IMG/VR virus record: IMGVR_UViG_2909282993_000001
Span: 1 to 56,388 of that record
Source of the DNA: a virus
Lineage: Duplodnaviria > Heunggongvirae > Uroviricota > Caudoviricetes
Direction: 5' to 3' (one strand)
DNA length: 56,388 bases
Each line of letters opens with the position of its first letter. Positions within the stretch are counted from its first letter, which is position 1. Positions 10,076-20,528 of this stretch are shown one piece after another. The notes under the pieces are model-generated. The model did no database searches and was not told where the DNA came from. It saw only the letters and a program-made list of their open reading frames with translations. The position numbers and the translations under genes were made by a program.

Positions 10076-10401
10076 TGACGACGTTAACTCAGTGTCAGCA
10101 GCAGGTGCTGGATATGCTGATTTCTTATCAGAAAGAACGTGGCTTCCCGCCAACCAATCAGGAGGTGGCAACCATGCTGGGATACCGTTCAGTGAATGCA
10201 GCGGTGGAGCATCTTCGCGCACTGGAGAAAAAAGGCGTCATCACGATAAAGCGTGGCGTGGCCCGGGGCATCACGCTTCATACCGCGGTGAAGGACGACG
10301 ACAGCGAGGCGGTCGGGATTATCCGCTCACTGCTTGCCGGTGAGGAAAACGCAAGGCTGCGTGCAACCCACTGGTTACATGAGAGGGGCCTGAAAGTATG
10401 A
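10075..10401 (+). CDS. LexA-N-terminal-like winged-HTH DNA-binding protein
   Basis: Start at ATG 10075 (MTTLTQCQQQVLDML...); resembles the LexA DNA-binding domain without the peptidase domain. Confidence 0.5.
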   Translation: MTTLTQCQQQVLDMLISYQKERGFPPTNQEVATMLGYRSVNAAVEHLRALEKKGVITIKRGVARGITLHTAVKDDDSEAVGIIRSLLAGEENARLRATHWLHERGLKV

Positions 10402-10787
10402 AGCTGATCCTGCCTTTTCCGCCCAGCGTGAACACGTACTGGCGACACCCCAACAAAGGGGCGTTTGCTGGTAAGAGCCTGATAAGCGCGGCGGGGCGAA
10501 AATTCCAGAGCGCGGCGTGCGCAGCAATAGTTGAGCAGTTACGTCGTCTGCCGAAACCAACGTCGGCACCTGCTTCAGTAGAGATTGTGTTGTTTCCTCC
10601 GGATAACAGGATCCGCGATCTGGACAACTATAACAAGGCGCTGTTTGACGTTCTGACCCACGCGGGTGTGTGGGAAGACGACAGCCAGGTGAAAAGAATG
10701 CTGGTGGAGTGGGGACCGGTTATCCCGGAAGGGAAGGTCGAGATCACTATCAGTAAGTACGAGAAAACGGCGGGTGCAGACGCCTGA
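10398..10787 (+). CDS. rusA: Holliday junction resolvase RusA
   Basis: 129 aa; ...PPSVNTYWRH...DLDNYNKALFDVLTHAGVWEDDSQV... matches the RusA family pattern (recollection). Confidence 0.8.
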   Translation: MKLILPFPPSVNTYWRHPNKGAFAGKSLISAAGRKFQSAACAAIVEQLRRLPKPTSAPASVEIVLFPPDNRIRDLDNYNKALFDVLTHAGVWEDDSQVKRMLVEWGPVIPEGKVEITISKYEKTAGADA

Positions 10788-10806
10788 GCAAAAGGAGAAA
10801 CGAAGT

Positions 10807-11616
10807 ATGAATAATCTGATGGTCATTGATGGTATTGAAGTTCGTCGTGATGCTTATGGGCGTTACAGCCTGAACGATCTGCATCGCGCAGCAGTAGCAT
10901 CTGGTGCAAATGCCAGAACCAAGGAGCCAGGAAAGTTTCTTTCCAGCCAACAAACTGTTGAACTTGTTCATGAATTGACCAACACCCAGAATTTGGGTGT
11001 TGACCCGGTGAGTGTGATTCATGGGGGAAATGAACGGGGAACTTATGTCTGCAAGGAACTGGTGTATGCCTATGCAATGTGGATCAGCCCGTCATTCCAT
11101 CTGAAGGTGATCCGTACTTTCGATATGGTAACCAGCGTACCGGAAAAATTATCCGGGCAGGCTGCTGACAAGATGCAGGCTGGAGTGATTCTGCTGGACT
11201 TTATGCGCAGGGAGTTAAACCTGTCTAACTCTTCAGTGCTTGGGGCCTGTCAGAAACTCCAGGAGGCTGTTGGCTTACCGAATCTGGCACCGCGCTATGC
11301 CATTGATGCTCCTGCTGACGCGCCTGATGGCTCAAGCCGCCCGACACTGTCGCTGAGTGCACTGCTGAAACAGTATGGTATCCGCCTTACGGCTAATCAG
11401 GCATATCACCAGATGGCGAAGCTGGGGATCGTCGAGCAGCGCGAACGATACAGCCGTACCGCGATTAACAACATCAAAAAATTCTGGTCGCTGACGGCGA
11501 AAGGCTGCATGTTCGGCAAGAACATCACCAGTCCCGCAAATCCGCGTGAGACGCAGCCGCATTTCTTCGAATCCCGATTCCCTGAGCTGTTAAAGTTGCT
11601 CGATACCGTTCATTGA
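10807..11616 (+). CDS. KilA-N domain protein / antirepressor-like
   Basis: Start at ATG 10807 with AGGAG SD; N-terminal ...RDAYGRYSLNDLHRAA... resembles KilA-N. Confidence 0.55.
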   Translation: MNNLMVIDGIEVRRDAYGRYSLNDLHRAAVASGANARTKEPGKFLSSQQTVELVHELTNTQNLGVDPVSVIHGGNERGTYVCKELVYAYAMWISPSFHLKVIRTFDMVTSVPEKLSGQAADKMQAGVILLDFMRRELNLSNSSVLGACQKLQEAVGLPNLAPRYAIDAPADAPDGSSRPTLSLSALLKQYGIRLTANQAYHQMAKLGIVEQRERYSRTAINNIKKFWSLTAKGCMFGKNITSPANPRETQPHFFESRFPELLKLLDTVH

Positions 11617-11617
11617 G

Positions 11618-12613
11618 GTGACCGTGAGAGCACTACTGACCCCTGAAATAGCCCCGCGTATGGGGATCGTATTGTTCAGACCAGGTTCAGAGCTGATGCC
11701 CCTGTTTATGCAGGGGCGTGTACTGCTGGAGCCTGAGCCGGAACGTTATTCATCTTTCGCCAGTGGTGCCGTTCCCGCGGCATCACAACCGCTGGCGGAT
11801 GATCCTGCTGTTCGGGCCGTGTTCCGCAATGAGGCAGTGATCCGTCGTGCTGGTGGCGTGGAATGTCTTGAAAGCTGGTTACTTCGTGAAAAAGGCTGCC
11901 AGTGGCCTCATTCCGACTGGCATAGCGAGAACATGACCACAATGCGACACGCTCCGGGCGCAATCCGTCTGTGCTGGCACTGTGATAACCAGCTGCGCGA
12001 TCAGTTCACGGAACGGCTGGAATCAATGGCAACGGATAACTGTGCCCGCTGGGTGTTGTCTGTTGTGCGTCGGGATCTCGGTTTTGATGATAGTCACGTT
12101 GTGACAATGCCGGAACTGTGCTGGTGGCTGATTCGTAATGACCTGGCGGATGCCTTACCGGAAAGTGCAGCCCGTAAGGCACTGAGATTACCAAAGCCTG
12201 TTGTGCCGTCTGTCACCCGGGAAAGTGACCTTGTGCCTTCGGTTCCTGCCACCAGCATCATCCAGGATAAGGCGAAAAAGGTGCTGACGCTGAAAGTGGA
12301 TCCGGAGTCGCCGGAGTCTTTTATGTTACGCCCAAAACGTCGCCGCTGGGTTAATGAAAAGTACACGCGCTGGGTTAAGACACAGCCGTGTGCATGTTGT
12401 GGAAAGCCTGCTGATGATCCCCACCACTTGATAGGCCACGGTCAGGGTGGGATGGGTACAAAAGCGCATGACCTCTTTGTGTTGCCTTTGTGCAGAAAGC
12501 ATCACGACGAGCTGCATGCGGATACCGTGGCATTTGAAGAGAAGTATGGCTCCCAGCTGGAGCTGATATTTCGTTTTATCGATCGTGCGCTGGCAATTGG
12601 CGTACTGGCGTAA
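11618..12613 (+). CDS. DUF968-like phage protein (Cys/His-rich C-terminus)
   Basis: 331 aa; C-terminal ...CACCGKPADDPHHL...LPLCRKHHDELH... cluster typical of lambdoid YdfU-like proteins (recollection). Confidence 0.6.
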   Translation: MTVRALLTPEIAPRMGIVLFRPGSELMPLFMQGRVLLEPEPERYSSFASGAVPAASQPLADDPAVRAVFRNEAVIRRAGGVECLESWLLREKGCQWPHSDWHSENMTTMRHAPGAIRLCWHCDNQLRDQFTERLESMATDNCARWVLSVVRRDLGFDDSHVVTMPELCWWLIRNDLADALPESAARKALRLPKPVVPSVTRESDLVPSVPATSIIQDKAKKVLTLKVDPESPESFMLRPKRRRWVNEKYTRWVKTQPCACCGKPADDPHHLIGHGQGGMGTKAHDLFVLPLCRKHHDELHADTVAFEEKYGSQLELIFRFIDRALAIGVLA

Positions 12614-12626
12614 GTGGAGAACGAGC

Positions 12627-13379
12627 ATGAACCTTGAAGCCTTACCAAAATATTACTCCCCAAAATCTCCAAAATTGAGTGATGACGCACCGGCGACAGG
12701 CTCGGGTGGTTTAACAATTACAGATGTGATGGCTGCGCAGGGGATGGTGCAGTCGAAAGTACCGCTTGGGTTTGCCTTATTCCTGGCAAAAGTTGGTGTT
12801 CAGGATCCTCAGTTTGCGATTGAAGGTCTGCTCAATTACGCGATGGCACTGGATAACCCGACATTGAACAAATTGAGTGAAGAAACCCGGCTACAGATCA
12901 TTCCTTACCTTGTGAATTTTGCCTTTGCTGATTATTCCAGGTCTGCGGCAAGTAAGGCTCGCTGTGAGCATTGTGCTGGTACTGGATTTCATAATGTATT
13001 GCGCGAAGTGGTGAAACACTCCAGAAGCGGGGAGTCTGTTATCAAGGAAGAGTGGGTGAAGGAACTATGTCAGCATTGTCATGGTAAGGGAGAAGTCAGC
13101 ACAGCGTGCAGAGGGTGTAAGGGTAAAGGTATTGTCCTGGATGAAAAAAGAACCCGGCTTCATGGCACGCCTGTTTATAAGATTTGTGGGCGTTGCAATG
13201 GAAACCGGTTTAGCCGTTTACCAACCACACTGGCGCGGCTTCATGTCCAGAAGCTGGTACCAGACCTGACGGATTATCAGTGGTACAAAGGATATGCAGA
13301 TGTCATTGATAAACTGGTTACAAAGTGCTGGCAGGAGGAAGCTTACGCTGAAGCACAATTGAGAAGGGTGACGAGATAA
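12627..13379 (+). CDS. Q: late antiterminator Q-like protein
   Basis: Start at ATG 12627 with GGAG SD; Cys-rich zinc-binding region CEHCAGTG...CQHCHGKG...CRGCKGKG; followed by a tR'-like terminator. Confidence 0.7.
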   Translation: MNLEALPKYYSPKSPKLSDDAPATGSGGLTITDVMAAQGMVQSKVPLGFALFLAKVGVQDPQFAIEGLLNYAMALDNPTLNKLSEETRLQIIPYLVNFAFADYSRSAASKARCEHCAGTGFHNVLREVVKHSRSGESVIKEEWVKELCQHCHGKGEVSTACRGCKGKGIVLDEKRTRLHGTPVYKICGRCNGNRFSRLPTTLARLHVQKLVPDLTDYQWYKGYADVIDKLVTKCWQEEAYAEAQLRRVTR

Positions 13380-13485
13380 GCGATTTTCGCCGAAGATAAC
13401 GACATAATGCTTGTGTTTCTCAAAAAATATGGATAAGATTTTCTCAACGATGGGGCTTGTGTATCTATCGTTGAACGATTTTTAC

Positions 13486-13511
13486 GACCTCGCTATTGCG
13501 AGGTTTTTTTA
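13486..13511 (+). terminator. tR'-like rho-independent terminator downstream of Q
   Basis: CCTCGC-TATT-GCGAGG hairpin followed by TTTTTTT. Confidence 0.6.
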
Positions 13512-13593
13512 TGGTTTTTTTCTATTCAATCTACATCAAAATCAATGTGTTATAATGTTTTCTGTAAAACAACATTAAAAACAGGAGAACATT

Positions 13594-13863
13594 ATGAAAC
13601 TGACCTCTATCCATCTTGAAATACTACGTCGAGTGAATGAATTGCAGCCAAAGGATTCTAGAATTCAGGCTGCATCATTACCTCATCTCTCAGCAAAAGA
13701 GGTTAATTTTGCTATTTCAGATCTTGCTGATATAGGTTTTATCGATGTTATACGAAGCAAATCTGCCGAAGGTGGATTGATTGCTAATGAGATAACGTCA
13801 AAAGGTTTTGCTTTTTTGAGTGAGATTGGCGCTGAAAAAAATTCATCGATGAGCACTCATTGA
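13594..13863 (+). CDS. small hypothetical protein (89 aa), first gene of an AT-rich cargo pair
   Basis: AGGAG SD 8 nt upstream; TTATAAT -10-like element and TGTTTTCTGTAAAACA palindrome upstream. Confidence 0.55.
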   Translation: MKLTSIHLEILRRVNELQPKDSRIQAASLPHLSAKEVNFAISDLADIGFIDVIRSKSAEGGLIANEITSKGFAFLSEIGAEKNSSMSTH

Positions 13864-14060
13864 TTTCTGCTTCAATCGGCTGCCAATTGGCAGCCTAAAC
13901 TGTAAAGTGAATTTAAAATCGCCTACAATTGATGCTTAAATTTTGTTCTGTATCATCTGCAGGTTTAGGGATATCACAGTAGCTTTCTGACAAGAAGAGT
14001 TCTTTTCTTCTACCAATGAAGTGGTTATGTTAACCTGCGCTAAATCGAGACTGGTGCGGA

Positions 14061-14867
14061 GTGGAATCGAAAGTGTCATATTTTTACAGAAGCAAGAATA
14101 TTTCAGGTGTTTCTATAAATGAAGATAGCTTGATTAGCTTAAGCACGGCAATTGTCGAACGCTGCGTTAAAATGAATGAGCAAGCTCAAAAGGAAAGTAG
14201 GGAAGTTTGTGCTCAATGTGTTTTTTTTATTTTGTTCGATGGTAAGGGATATAAAGTTGATTCTATCGGTGAGCTTGTGAAATACTTTAGACAGGCCACT
14301 AGGATTGATCAAATAATTTTTACTATTGAAACTTATCAAAGTCGACAGTCTAACAGGATGAATGGATCTTGGATGGAGCTACGAATTGATGAGAGGAATT
14401 CAAATAGCAGCACAATGATTGTAGCATCGGAAGATAATGAGTGGGTTGACTCGTTATGGATTACGATTCAGGATTTACTTAACAAGTGCAAAAATAAATT
14501 TAGATTTTTTAGAACAGCTTGGACTATGTTAAGTATCCAGATTTCAGGTGTGACAGTTGGCTTTTTGCTTAGCTTATGGACAGCCTCAAAACTGGCGCCA
14601 AAACTATCAATCGATGGTGCATTTGCTTTATCATTTATTTGTATCTTTATTTTGTTTTCGAACTTATGGAGCTTTGCTATTCCATTAATAATTAAGCTTA
14701 TCGACTTTTTGTTTCCTAGTGTTAAGTTTGTTATTAATGGTAAAAATTACTTTCACTGGAGTGTCCAGGCTATAATTGGAGCGATTGCCAGTGCGGTTAT
14801 ATTATATTTTATTAGCTCCATGTTGCTTTTTGCATTAGAAATGTTAAATAGCATCATTAAGAAATAG
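14061..14867 (+). CDS. hypothetical membrane protein, second gene of the AT-rich cargo pair
   Basis: 268-aa ORF (start uncertain; alternative ATG at 14173); soluble N-terminal region and several C-terminal hydrophobic helices. Confidence 0.55.
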   Translation: MESKVSYFYRSKNISGVSINEDSLISLSTAIVERCVKMNEQAQKESREVCAQCVFFILFDGKGYKVDSIGELVKYFRQATRIDQIIFTIETYQSRQSNRMNGSWMELRIDERNSNSSTMIVASEDNEWVDSLWITIQDLLNKCKNKFRFFRTAWTMLSIQISGVTVGFLLSLWTASKLAPKLSIDGAFALSFICIFILFSNLWSFAIPLIIKLIDFLFPSVKFVINGKNYFHWSVQAIIGAIASAVILYFISSMLLFALEMLNSIIKK

Positions 14868-14909
14868 TTAATGAATTAGTTATAATTACATCAATTCTAT
14901 GGCTGCCAA

Positions 14910-15362
14910 ATGGTGGCCTTTTTTATTCCTCTCATTTCTATTTCTGAGAGGACTCACTGCAATAAGAGGTGGCTAATGTCCGATCCGATTTCCGGCACAG
15001 GGTTAGCTGGTGGAGCCCTAACGGGCGCTAGTATTTATGGACTGCTGACCGGAACTGATTACGGCGTTGTATTTGGCGCATTTGCAGGGGCTGTATTCTA
15101 TATAGCAACAGCAGCAGATCTGAGTGCATCGCGTCGACTGGCATATTTTATCGTGTCATATATTGCTGGGATCCTTTGCTCTGGGTTGGTTGGCTCCAAG
15201 CTGGCAAACTTGACCGGATACAGTGATAAACCTCTGGATGCTATTGGTGCCGTAATCGTCTCTGCTTTAGCCGTTAAAATCCTGACGTTCCTGAATAATC
15301 AGGATATCGGCTCGCTGGTGGCGCTCATAACGCGCCGGGGAGGTTCAGGTGGAGCTAAATGA
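14910..15362 (+). CDS. putative holin (multi-TM small membrane protein)
   Basis: Gly/Ala-rich hydrophobic segments; immediately upstream of the endolysin; start uncertain. Confidence 0.5.
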   Translation: MVAFFIPLISISERTHCNKRWLMSDPISGTGLAGGALTGASIYGLLTGTDYGVVFGAFAGAVFYIATAADLSASRRLAYFIVSYIAGILCSGLVGSKLANLTGYSDKPLDAIGAVIVSALAVKILTFLNNQDIGSLVALITRRGGSGGAK

Positions 15363-15630
15363 CCCGACAGCAACTATTAATGCGCTGTTATGTGCTTGTG
15401 TTGTTATTACTCTGATGTTTTATCGTCGTGGTGATTCGCGGCATCGTCCTTGGGTTTCACGTTTAGCCTGGCTGATTACTGTTACATACAGTGCTGTTCC
15501 GTTGGCCTATCTCTGTGGGATTTATCCCCATTCCTCATGGCCCATTATCGTGGCGAACACTATTTTTCTTTCCGTGCTGGTGGCCGTCAGAGGCAACGTT
15601 GCACGTCTGGTTGATCATCTGAGGCACTAA
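15349..15630 (+). CDS. putative holin/antiholin-like membrane protein
   Basis: 93 aa with hydrophobic helices; stop overlaps the endolysin start. Confidence 0.45.
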   Translation: MELNDPTATINALLCACVVITLMFYRRGDSRHRPWVSRLAWLITVTYSAVPLAYLCGIYPHSSWPIIVANTIFLSVLVAVRGNVARLVDHLRH

Positions 15631-16244
15631 TGAACCAACAATTATTTCAAAAGGCGGCTGGTATTAGCGCCGGGCTGGCTGCGCGCTGGTTTCCGCACAT
15701 TGATGCTGCAATGAAAGAGTTTGGAATCACAGCAGTTAACGATCAGGCCATGTTCATTGCACAAGTTGGGCATGAATCTGCTGGTTTTACCTCGCTGGTA
15801 GAGAATTTTAACTACTCGGTTGAAGGGCTGAAGAAAACCTTTGGTAAGCGCCTGACGCCGTATCAGTGCGAAATGCTGGGGCGTGTCGATGGTAAACAGG
15901 TCGCTCACCAGCCACAAATAGCCAATCTGGTTTATGGTGACCGCATGGGGAATAACAGTCAGGGTGATGGCTGGAAATATCGCGGTCGTGGCCTGCTGCA
16001 AATCACTGGTCGTGAGAACTACACCAAATGCGGTACAGCGCTGAACCTTGATCTGATCAGTACGCCAGAACTTTTGACGCAAGAGCGACATGCGGCCCGT
16101 TCGGCGGCATGGTACTTCACGTTACGTGGTTGCCTTCTATATTCGGGGGATGTTGAGCGCGTCACGCAGATTATTAACGGCGGGCAGAACGGCATTAAAG
16201 ACCGCCGTGAACGTTACGCCAAAGCAAAAACCGCACTGGTATGA
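15630..16244 (+). CDS. endolysin (recalled GH19 chitinase-like lysozyme)
   Basis: 204 aa; ...FIAQVGHESAGF...GRGLLQITGRENY... pattern. Confidence 0.75.
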   Translation: MNQQLFQKAAGISAGLAARWFPHIDAAMKEFGITAVNDQAMFIAQVGHESAGFTSLVENFNYSVEGLKKTFGKRLTPYQCEMLGRVDGKQVAHQPQIANLVYGDRMGNNSQGDGWKYRGRGLLQITGRENYTKCGTALNLDLISTPELLTQERHAARSAAWYFTLRGCLLYSGDVERVTQIINGGQNGIKDRRERYAKAKTALV

Positions 16245-16251
16245 GGTCGCA

Positions 16252-16521
16252 ATGGGACTTGAAATGATTATCGGCCTGGCTGTTGCTGTGCTGGCTGCAA
16301 TTGCAGGTGCTTTTGGTCTGGGTAAATCACGCGGTACAAGCATCGCAGAAACACAAGCGAACCAGCAACGCACTGAAGAACGCGCAGCAGCTACTGAAGC
16401 CGTTGCAGAACGCCGGGTAGAAACAACAAAAGGAGCCAGGGATGTACAGCAGACTGTTAACCATCTTCCTGATGACGATGTTGACCGTGAGTTGCGCGAA
16501 AAATTTACCCGCAAAACCTGA
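16252..16521 (+). CDS. i-spanin (Rz-like)
   Basis: N-terminal TM helix followed by a charged/coiled region; directly after the endolysin; start chosen at ATG 16252. Confidence 0.45.
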   Translation: MGLEMIIGLAVAVLAAIAGAFGLGKSRGTSIAETQANQQRTEERAAATEAVAERRVETTKGARDVQQTVNHLPDDDVDRELREKFTRKT

Positions 16522-16684
16522 AGTAACGGACACGGCCTGTGACTGGGTAAGCATCATCTACCTTACTGAGCACGATATTGCCGTGCTGGATAAACAGACG
16601 AAGCGGGACATATTGGCGCACAACAAATCAGTGCAGGCTAACTGCATGAAGGATCCAGGTCGTGAACGTAGAGAACCTAAGTAA
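16442..16684 (+). CDS. o-spanin lipoprotein (Rz1-like)
   Basis: Signal peptide with lipobox LTVSC; overlaps the i-spanin 3' end in another frame. Confidence 0.45.
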   Translation: MYSRLLTIFLMTMLTVSCAKNLPAKPEVTDTACDWVSIIYLTEHDIAVLDKQTKRDILAHNKSVQANCMKDPGRERREPK

Positions 16685-16892
16685 CGCGCATTACATCTAT
16701 AACGAGATGAAAGAGCTACAGCGACAGAAAACCATACTGGAAAGTGGTGCTGGGCTTGGTGTGACAATCCAGTCTACCTATCAAGACGATGCCTTTCTTG
16801 AGGCCATACGCCCGCATGCTGTTGCTGAGCTTGATCACCGCATAGAGAAAAAGAAAGCTGTGCTGGTTGATTTGGGTATCTCCTTCTCCTAA
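16662..16892 (+). CDS. small hypothetical protein
   Basis: ORF only; start uncertain. Confidence 0.3.
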   Translation: MNVENLSNAHYIYNEMKELQRQKTILESGAGLGVTIQSTYQDDAFLEAIRPHAVAELDHRIEKKKAVLVDLGISFS

Positions 16893-16966
16893 TGAATTAG
16901 GAGCTACAGCAGGTTTTAATTATGTGCTTATGATATTCTTCCCTAGTTAATTAACTGGGGGAGTAA

Positions 16967-17530
16967 ATGCAAATGCTTGAATTTGTTGAGTCAGTAAGAA
17001 AATCTTTATTAGATGAAAATTATGAGGCTGCATTGTTTATTGCCTTATCTCTTCCTGATATATGTGGGAAACTTGAAACTCCTGAAGAGCGGAACGGGCC
17101 AAGAGCAAAAAGATGGTTTAAGGATAACCTTAAGGATAAATATTTTGCAGATAATCTTTATGAGACGTTTTTGGCTAACTTTCCCGAGCAATTAGATAAA
17201 ATGCCTCAATACTTAATCGATGATTTAAAAACAAAAAAACCATTGGTAAGCTTTGACCATGAAAGCTACTGGGCTTTAAGAAATGCATTTTTGCATGAGG
17301 CATCTGATAGTACTAAGTTACAAAAAATTCAACTTACGCACTCTTCTGCGCACATGAATATGTTTAACGGTGTGCTTCAGTTAAGTGTTATTAATTTATC
17401 TAATGATATCTGCGATGCGGTAGTTAAGTGGGTTGAGCGGATGAAGGATAATAATGATGTATGCCAGAGGATAAATTCGAGGGCAAAAATCAAAAATGAA
17501 ATGTTGGGTGGCGCTATTCGATTTGGGTAG
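16967..17530 (+). CDS. hypothetical protein, AT-rich single-gene cargo
   Basis: 187-aa ORF, visibly AT-rich, between the lysis cassette and HNH/terminase; followed by a strong terminator. Confidence 0.55.
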   Translation: MQMLEFVESVRKSLLDENYEAALFIALSLPDICGKLETPEERNGPRAKRWFKDNLKDKYFADNLYETFLANFPEQLDKMPQYLIDDLKTKKPLVSFDHESYWALRNAFLHEASDSTKLQKIQLTHSSAHMNMFNGVLQLSVINLSNDICDAVVKWVERMKDNNDVCQRINSRAKIKNEMLGGAIRFG

Positions 17531-17597
17531 TCTTACAAATTATCAAATCATTCCTACATGTTATCTCTAAATTTTAGAGTTACATAAGAATAAAAAA

Positions 17598-17622
17598 ACA
17601 CCAGCTTTGGCTGGTGTTTTTG
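17598..17622 (+). terminator. rho-independent terminator
   Basis: ACACCAGC-TTTG-GCTGGTGT hairpin followed by a T-run. Confidence 0.6.
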
Positions 17623-17632
17623 CGGAGCATGT

Positions 17633-17983
17633 ATGCCAACTTTAATACCCCGCGCATGTCGCAAACGTGGTTGTCCTGGCACGACTACGGACCGTTCAGG
17701 CTACTGTGAGCAGCATCGCAATGAGGGCTGGCAGCAGCATCAGCAGGGTAAGAGTCGCCATGAGCGTGGCTACGGCAGCAAGTGGGATATCAAACGCGCC
17801 CGCATCCTGAAGCGTGATAATCATCTGTGTCAGAACTGCCTGCGTACTGGACGTGCTGTCGCAGCCACAACCGTTGACCACATCAAGGCGAAGGCCCACG
17901 GCGGTACTGATGAAGACAGCAACCTTGAGAGCCTGTGCTGGTCGTGTCACGCAGCGAAGACCGCGCGCGAGCGGCTCAAGTGA
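17633..17983 (+). CDS. HNH endonuclease (packaging-associated)
   Basis: 116 aa; Cys pairs CQNC...CWSCH and HNH-like ...VDHIKAKAHGGTDEDSNLESLC...; located just upstream of terminase. Confidence 0.75.
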   Translation: MPTLIPRACRKRGCPGTTTDRSGYCEQHRNEGWQQHQQGKSRHERGYGSKWDIKRARILKRDNHLCQNCLRTGRAVAATTVDHIKAKAHGGTDEDSNLESLCWSCHAAKTARERLK

Positions 17984-18100
17984 GAATTAATGTCATCATC
18001 AGCCTGGGGAGGGGGAGGTCAAATATCTGCGACCGCGCGCCTTCCGGACCGCCCGCCCCATCGTTTTTTTATACCCGCGAAAAATGAAATTTAACCAGGA

Positions 18101-18604
18101 GTGCCGCATATGGCTGGAACGGCGGGGCGTTCCGGGCGTCGCCCCAAGCCAACGGCGCGCAAGGCGCTGGCCGGAAACCCCGGCAAGCGAGCCCTGAATA
18201 AAGATGAACCTGTTTTTACGCCCATCAAAGGTGTTGAGCCACCGGAGTGGTTCGCTGAAGAAGATCTCCCTCTCGCTACGATCATGTGGCAACTGACAAC
18301 TAAAGAACTCTGCGGTCAGGGTCTGCTGTGCGTGACTGACCTCGCGGTGCTTGAGCGGTGGTGCGTGGCCTACGAGTTCTGGCGACGTGCCGTGAAAAAT
18401 ATTGCCAGACAGGGCAACACCATCACCGGTGCAATGGGCGGTATGGTCAAAAATCCGGAGCTGACCGCCAAAAAAGAACAGGAGTCCGAGATGAGCAGTA
18501 CGGGGGCAATGCTCGGACTCGACCCCAGCAGCCGCCAGCGTCTGATTGGCCTGGCGGGGCAGAAGAAAGCCACTAACCCGTTTCTGAAAATCATCGAATC
18601 ATGA
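18101..18604 (+). CDS. terminase small subunit
   Basis: 167-aa ORF immediately upstream of, and overlapping, the large terminase. Confidence 0.65.
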   Translation: MPHMAGTAGRSGRRPKPTARKALAGNPGKRALNKDEPVFTPIKGVEPPEWFAEEDLPLATIMWQLTTKELCGQGLLCVTDLAVLERWCVAYEFWRRAVKNIARQGNTITGAMGGMVKNPELTAKKEQESEMSSTGAMLGLDPSSRQRLIGLAGQKKATNPFLKIIES

Positions 18605-20334
18605 GCCGGAAATCTTACCCCAACGTAAATGCTGCCAATCAGTATGCCCGTGATGTCGTGCGCGGAAAGATTGTGGCCTGCCAGTTTGTGATTCAGGCCT
18701 GCCAGCGCCATCTTGATGACCTGATGGAGGAAAAAAGTAAGTCGTTTCGTTACCGCTTCGACAAGGACCTGGCTGAACGGGCCGCGAAATTTATTCAGCT
18801 GTTGCCGCACACCAAGGGTGAGTGGGCATTTAAACGGATGCCCATCACGCTGGAGCCGTGGCAGCTATTTGTGATCTGCTGTGCGTTTGGCTGGGTCAAT
18901 AAAGGCACCCGGTTGCGCCGCTTCCGGGAGGTGTATACCGAAATTCCCCGTAAGAACGGCAAATCGGCAATCTCTGCCGGTGTTGCCCTGTATTGTTTTG
19001 CCTGTGATAACGAGTTCGGCGCGGAAGTGTATTCCGGTGCCACGACGGAGAAACAGGCATGGGAAGTCTTTCGTCCGGCACGACTGATGTGTAAACGCAC
19101 ACCCATGCTGACGGAAGCGTTCGGGATTGAGGTTAACGCCTCAAACATGAACCGTCCGGAGGATGGTGCGCGGTTTGAACCGCTGATCGGTAACCCCGGT
19201 GATGGTTCATCACCCCACTGTGCCGTGGTGGATGAATATCACGAGCACGCCACAGATGCGCTTTACACCACGATGCTTACCGGGATGGGGGCGCGACGCC
19301 AGCCACTGATGTGGGCCATTACCACCGCCGGGTACAACATTGAGGGGCCGTGCTACGACAAACGGCGGGAAGTCATCGAGATGCTCAACGGCTCGGTGCC
19401 CAACGATGAACTGTTCGGGATCATCTATACCGTTGACGAAGGCGACGACTGGACCGACCCGCAGGTACTTGAAAAAGCTAACCCGAATATCGGTGTGTCG
19501 GTTTATCGCGAGTTTTTGTTAAGCCAGCAGCAACGTGCGAAAAATAACGCCCGTCTGGCAAACGTCTTTAAAACAAAACACCTCAATATCTGGGTGTCGG
19601 CGCGTTCGGCGTATTTCAACCTGGTGAGCTGGCAGAGCTGCGAGGATAAATCACTGACTCTTGAGCAGTTCGAGGGGCAGCCGTGCATTCTGGCCTTTGA
19701 CCTGGCGCGTAAGCTGGATATGAACAGCATGGCGCGACTTTATACCCGCGAGATTGACGGTAAAACGCATTACTACAGTGTGACCCCGCGTTTCTGGGTA
19801 CCGTATGACACGGTGTATAGCGTCGAGAAAAATGAAGATCGCCGGACAGCCGAACGCTTTCAGAAATGGGTGGGAATGGGCGTCCTGACCGTTACCGATG
19901 GTGCAGAGGTGGATTATCGCTACATCCTCGAAGAGGCCAAAGCGGCGAACAAAATCAGCCCGGTCAGCGAGTCACCCATCGACCCCTTCGGGGCGACCGG
20001 GTTGTCACATGACCTTGCTGATGAAGACCTGAACCCCGTCACCATCATTCAGAACTACACCAACATGTCCGACCCGATGAAAGAGCTGGAAGCGGCAATT
20101 GAATCGGGGCGCTTTCATCATGATGGCAATCCCATCATGACCTGGTGTATCGGCAACGTGGTCGGCAAAACCATTCCGGGTAACGATGATGTGGTGAAGC
20201 CCGTCAAAGAGCAGGCGGAAAACAAAATCGATGGTGCAGTTGCGCTGATTATGGCGGTTGGCAGAGCCATGCTGTACGAGAAAGAAGACACGCTGTCTGA
20301 CCACATTGAGTCCTATGGGATCCGCTCGCTTTAA
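18601..20334 (+). CDS. terminase large subunit
   Basis: 577 aa; size, position and ATPase-like N-terminal region. Confidence 0.85.
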
Positions 20335-20345
20335 CTGAGGTAATT

Positions 20346-20528
20346 ATGATCATGCTGATTCTCGCGCCTCTGGTGGGCGTGCTGGGGGCGCTTTTGCTGG
20401 CGTATGGTGCCTGGCTGATTTATCCCCCGGCGGGGTTTGTTGTTGCCGGGGCGTTGTGTCTGTTCTGGTCGTGGCTGGTGGCGCGATATCTCGACCGTAC
20501 ACAGTCGTCTGTCGGCGGAGGTAAATAG
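20346..20528 (+). CDS. small two-TM membrane protein
   Basis: 60-aa hydrophobic ORF between terminase and portal. Confidence 0.35.

Noticed and set aside
16090..16251. Longer 143-aa form of the i-spanin ORF starting inside the endolysin gene
   Set aside because: The extension overlaps the endolysin 3' end in another frame and is Arg-rich and non-hydrophobic; ATG 16252 with a GAGG SD gives the expected N-terminal TM helix
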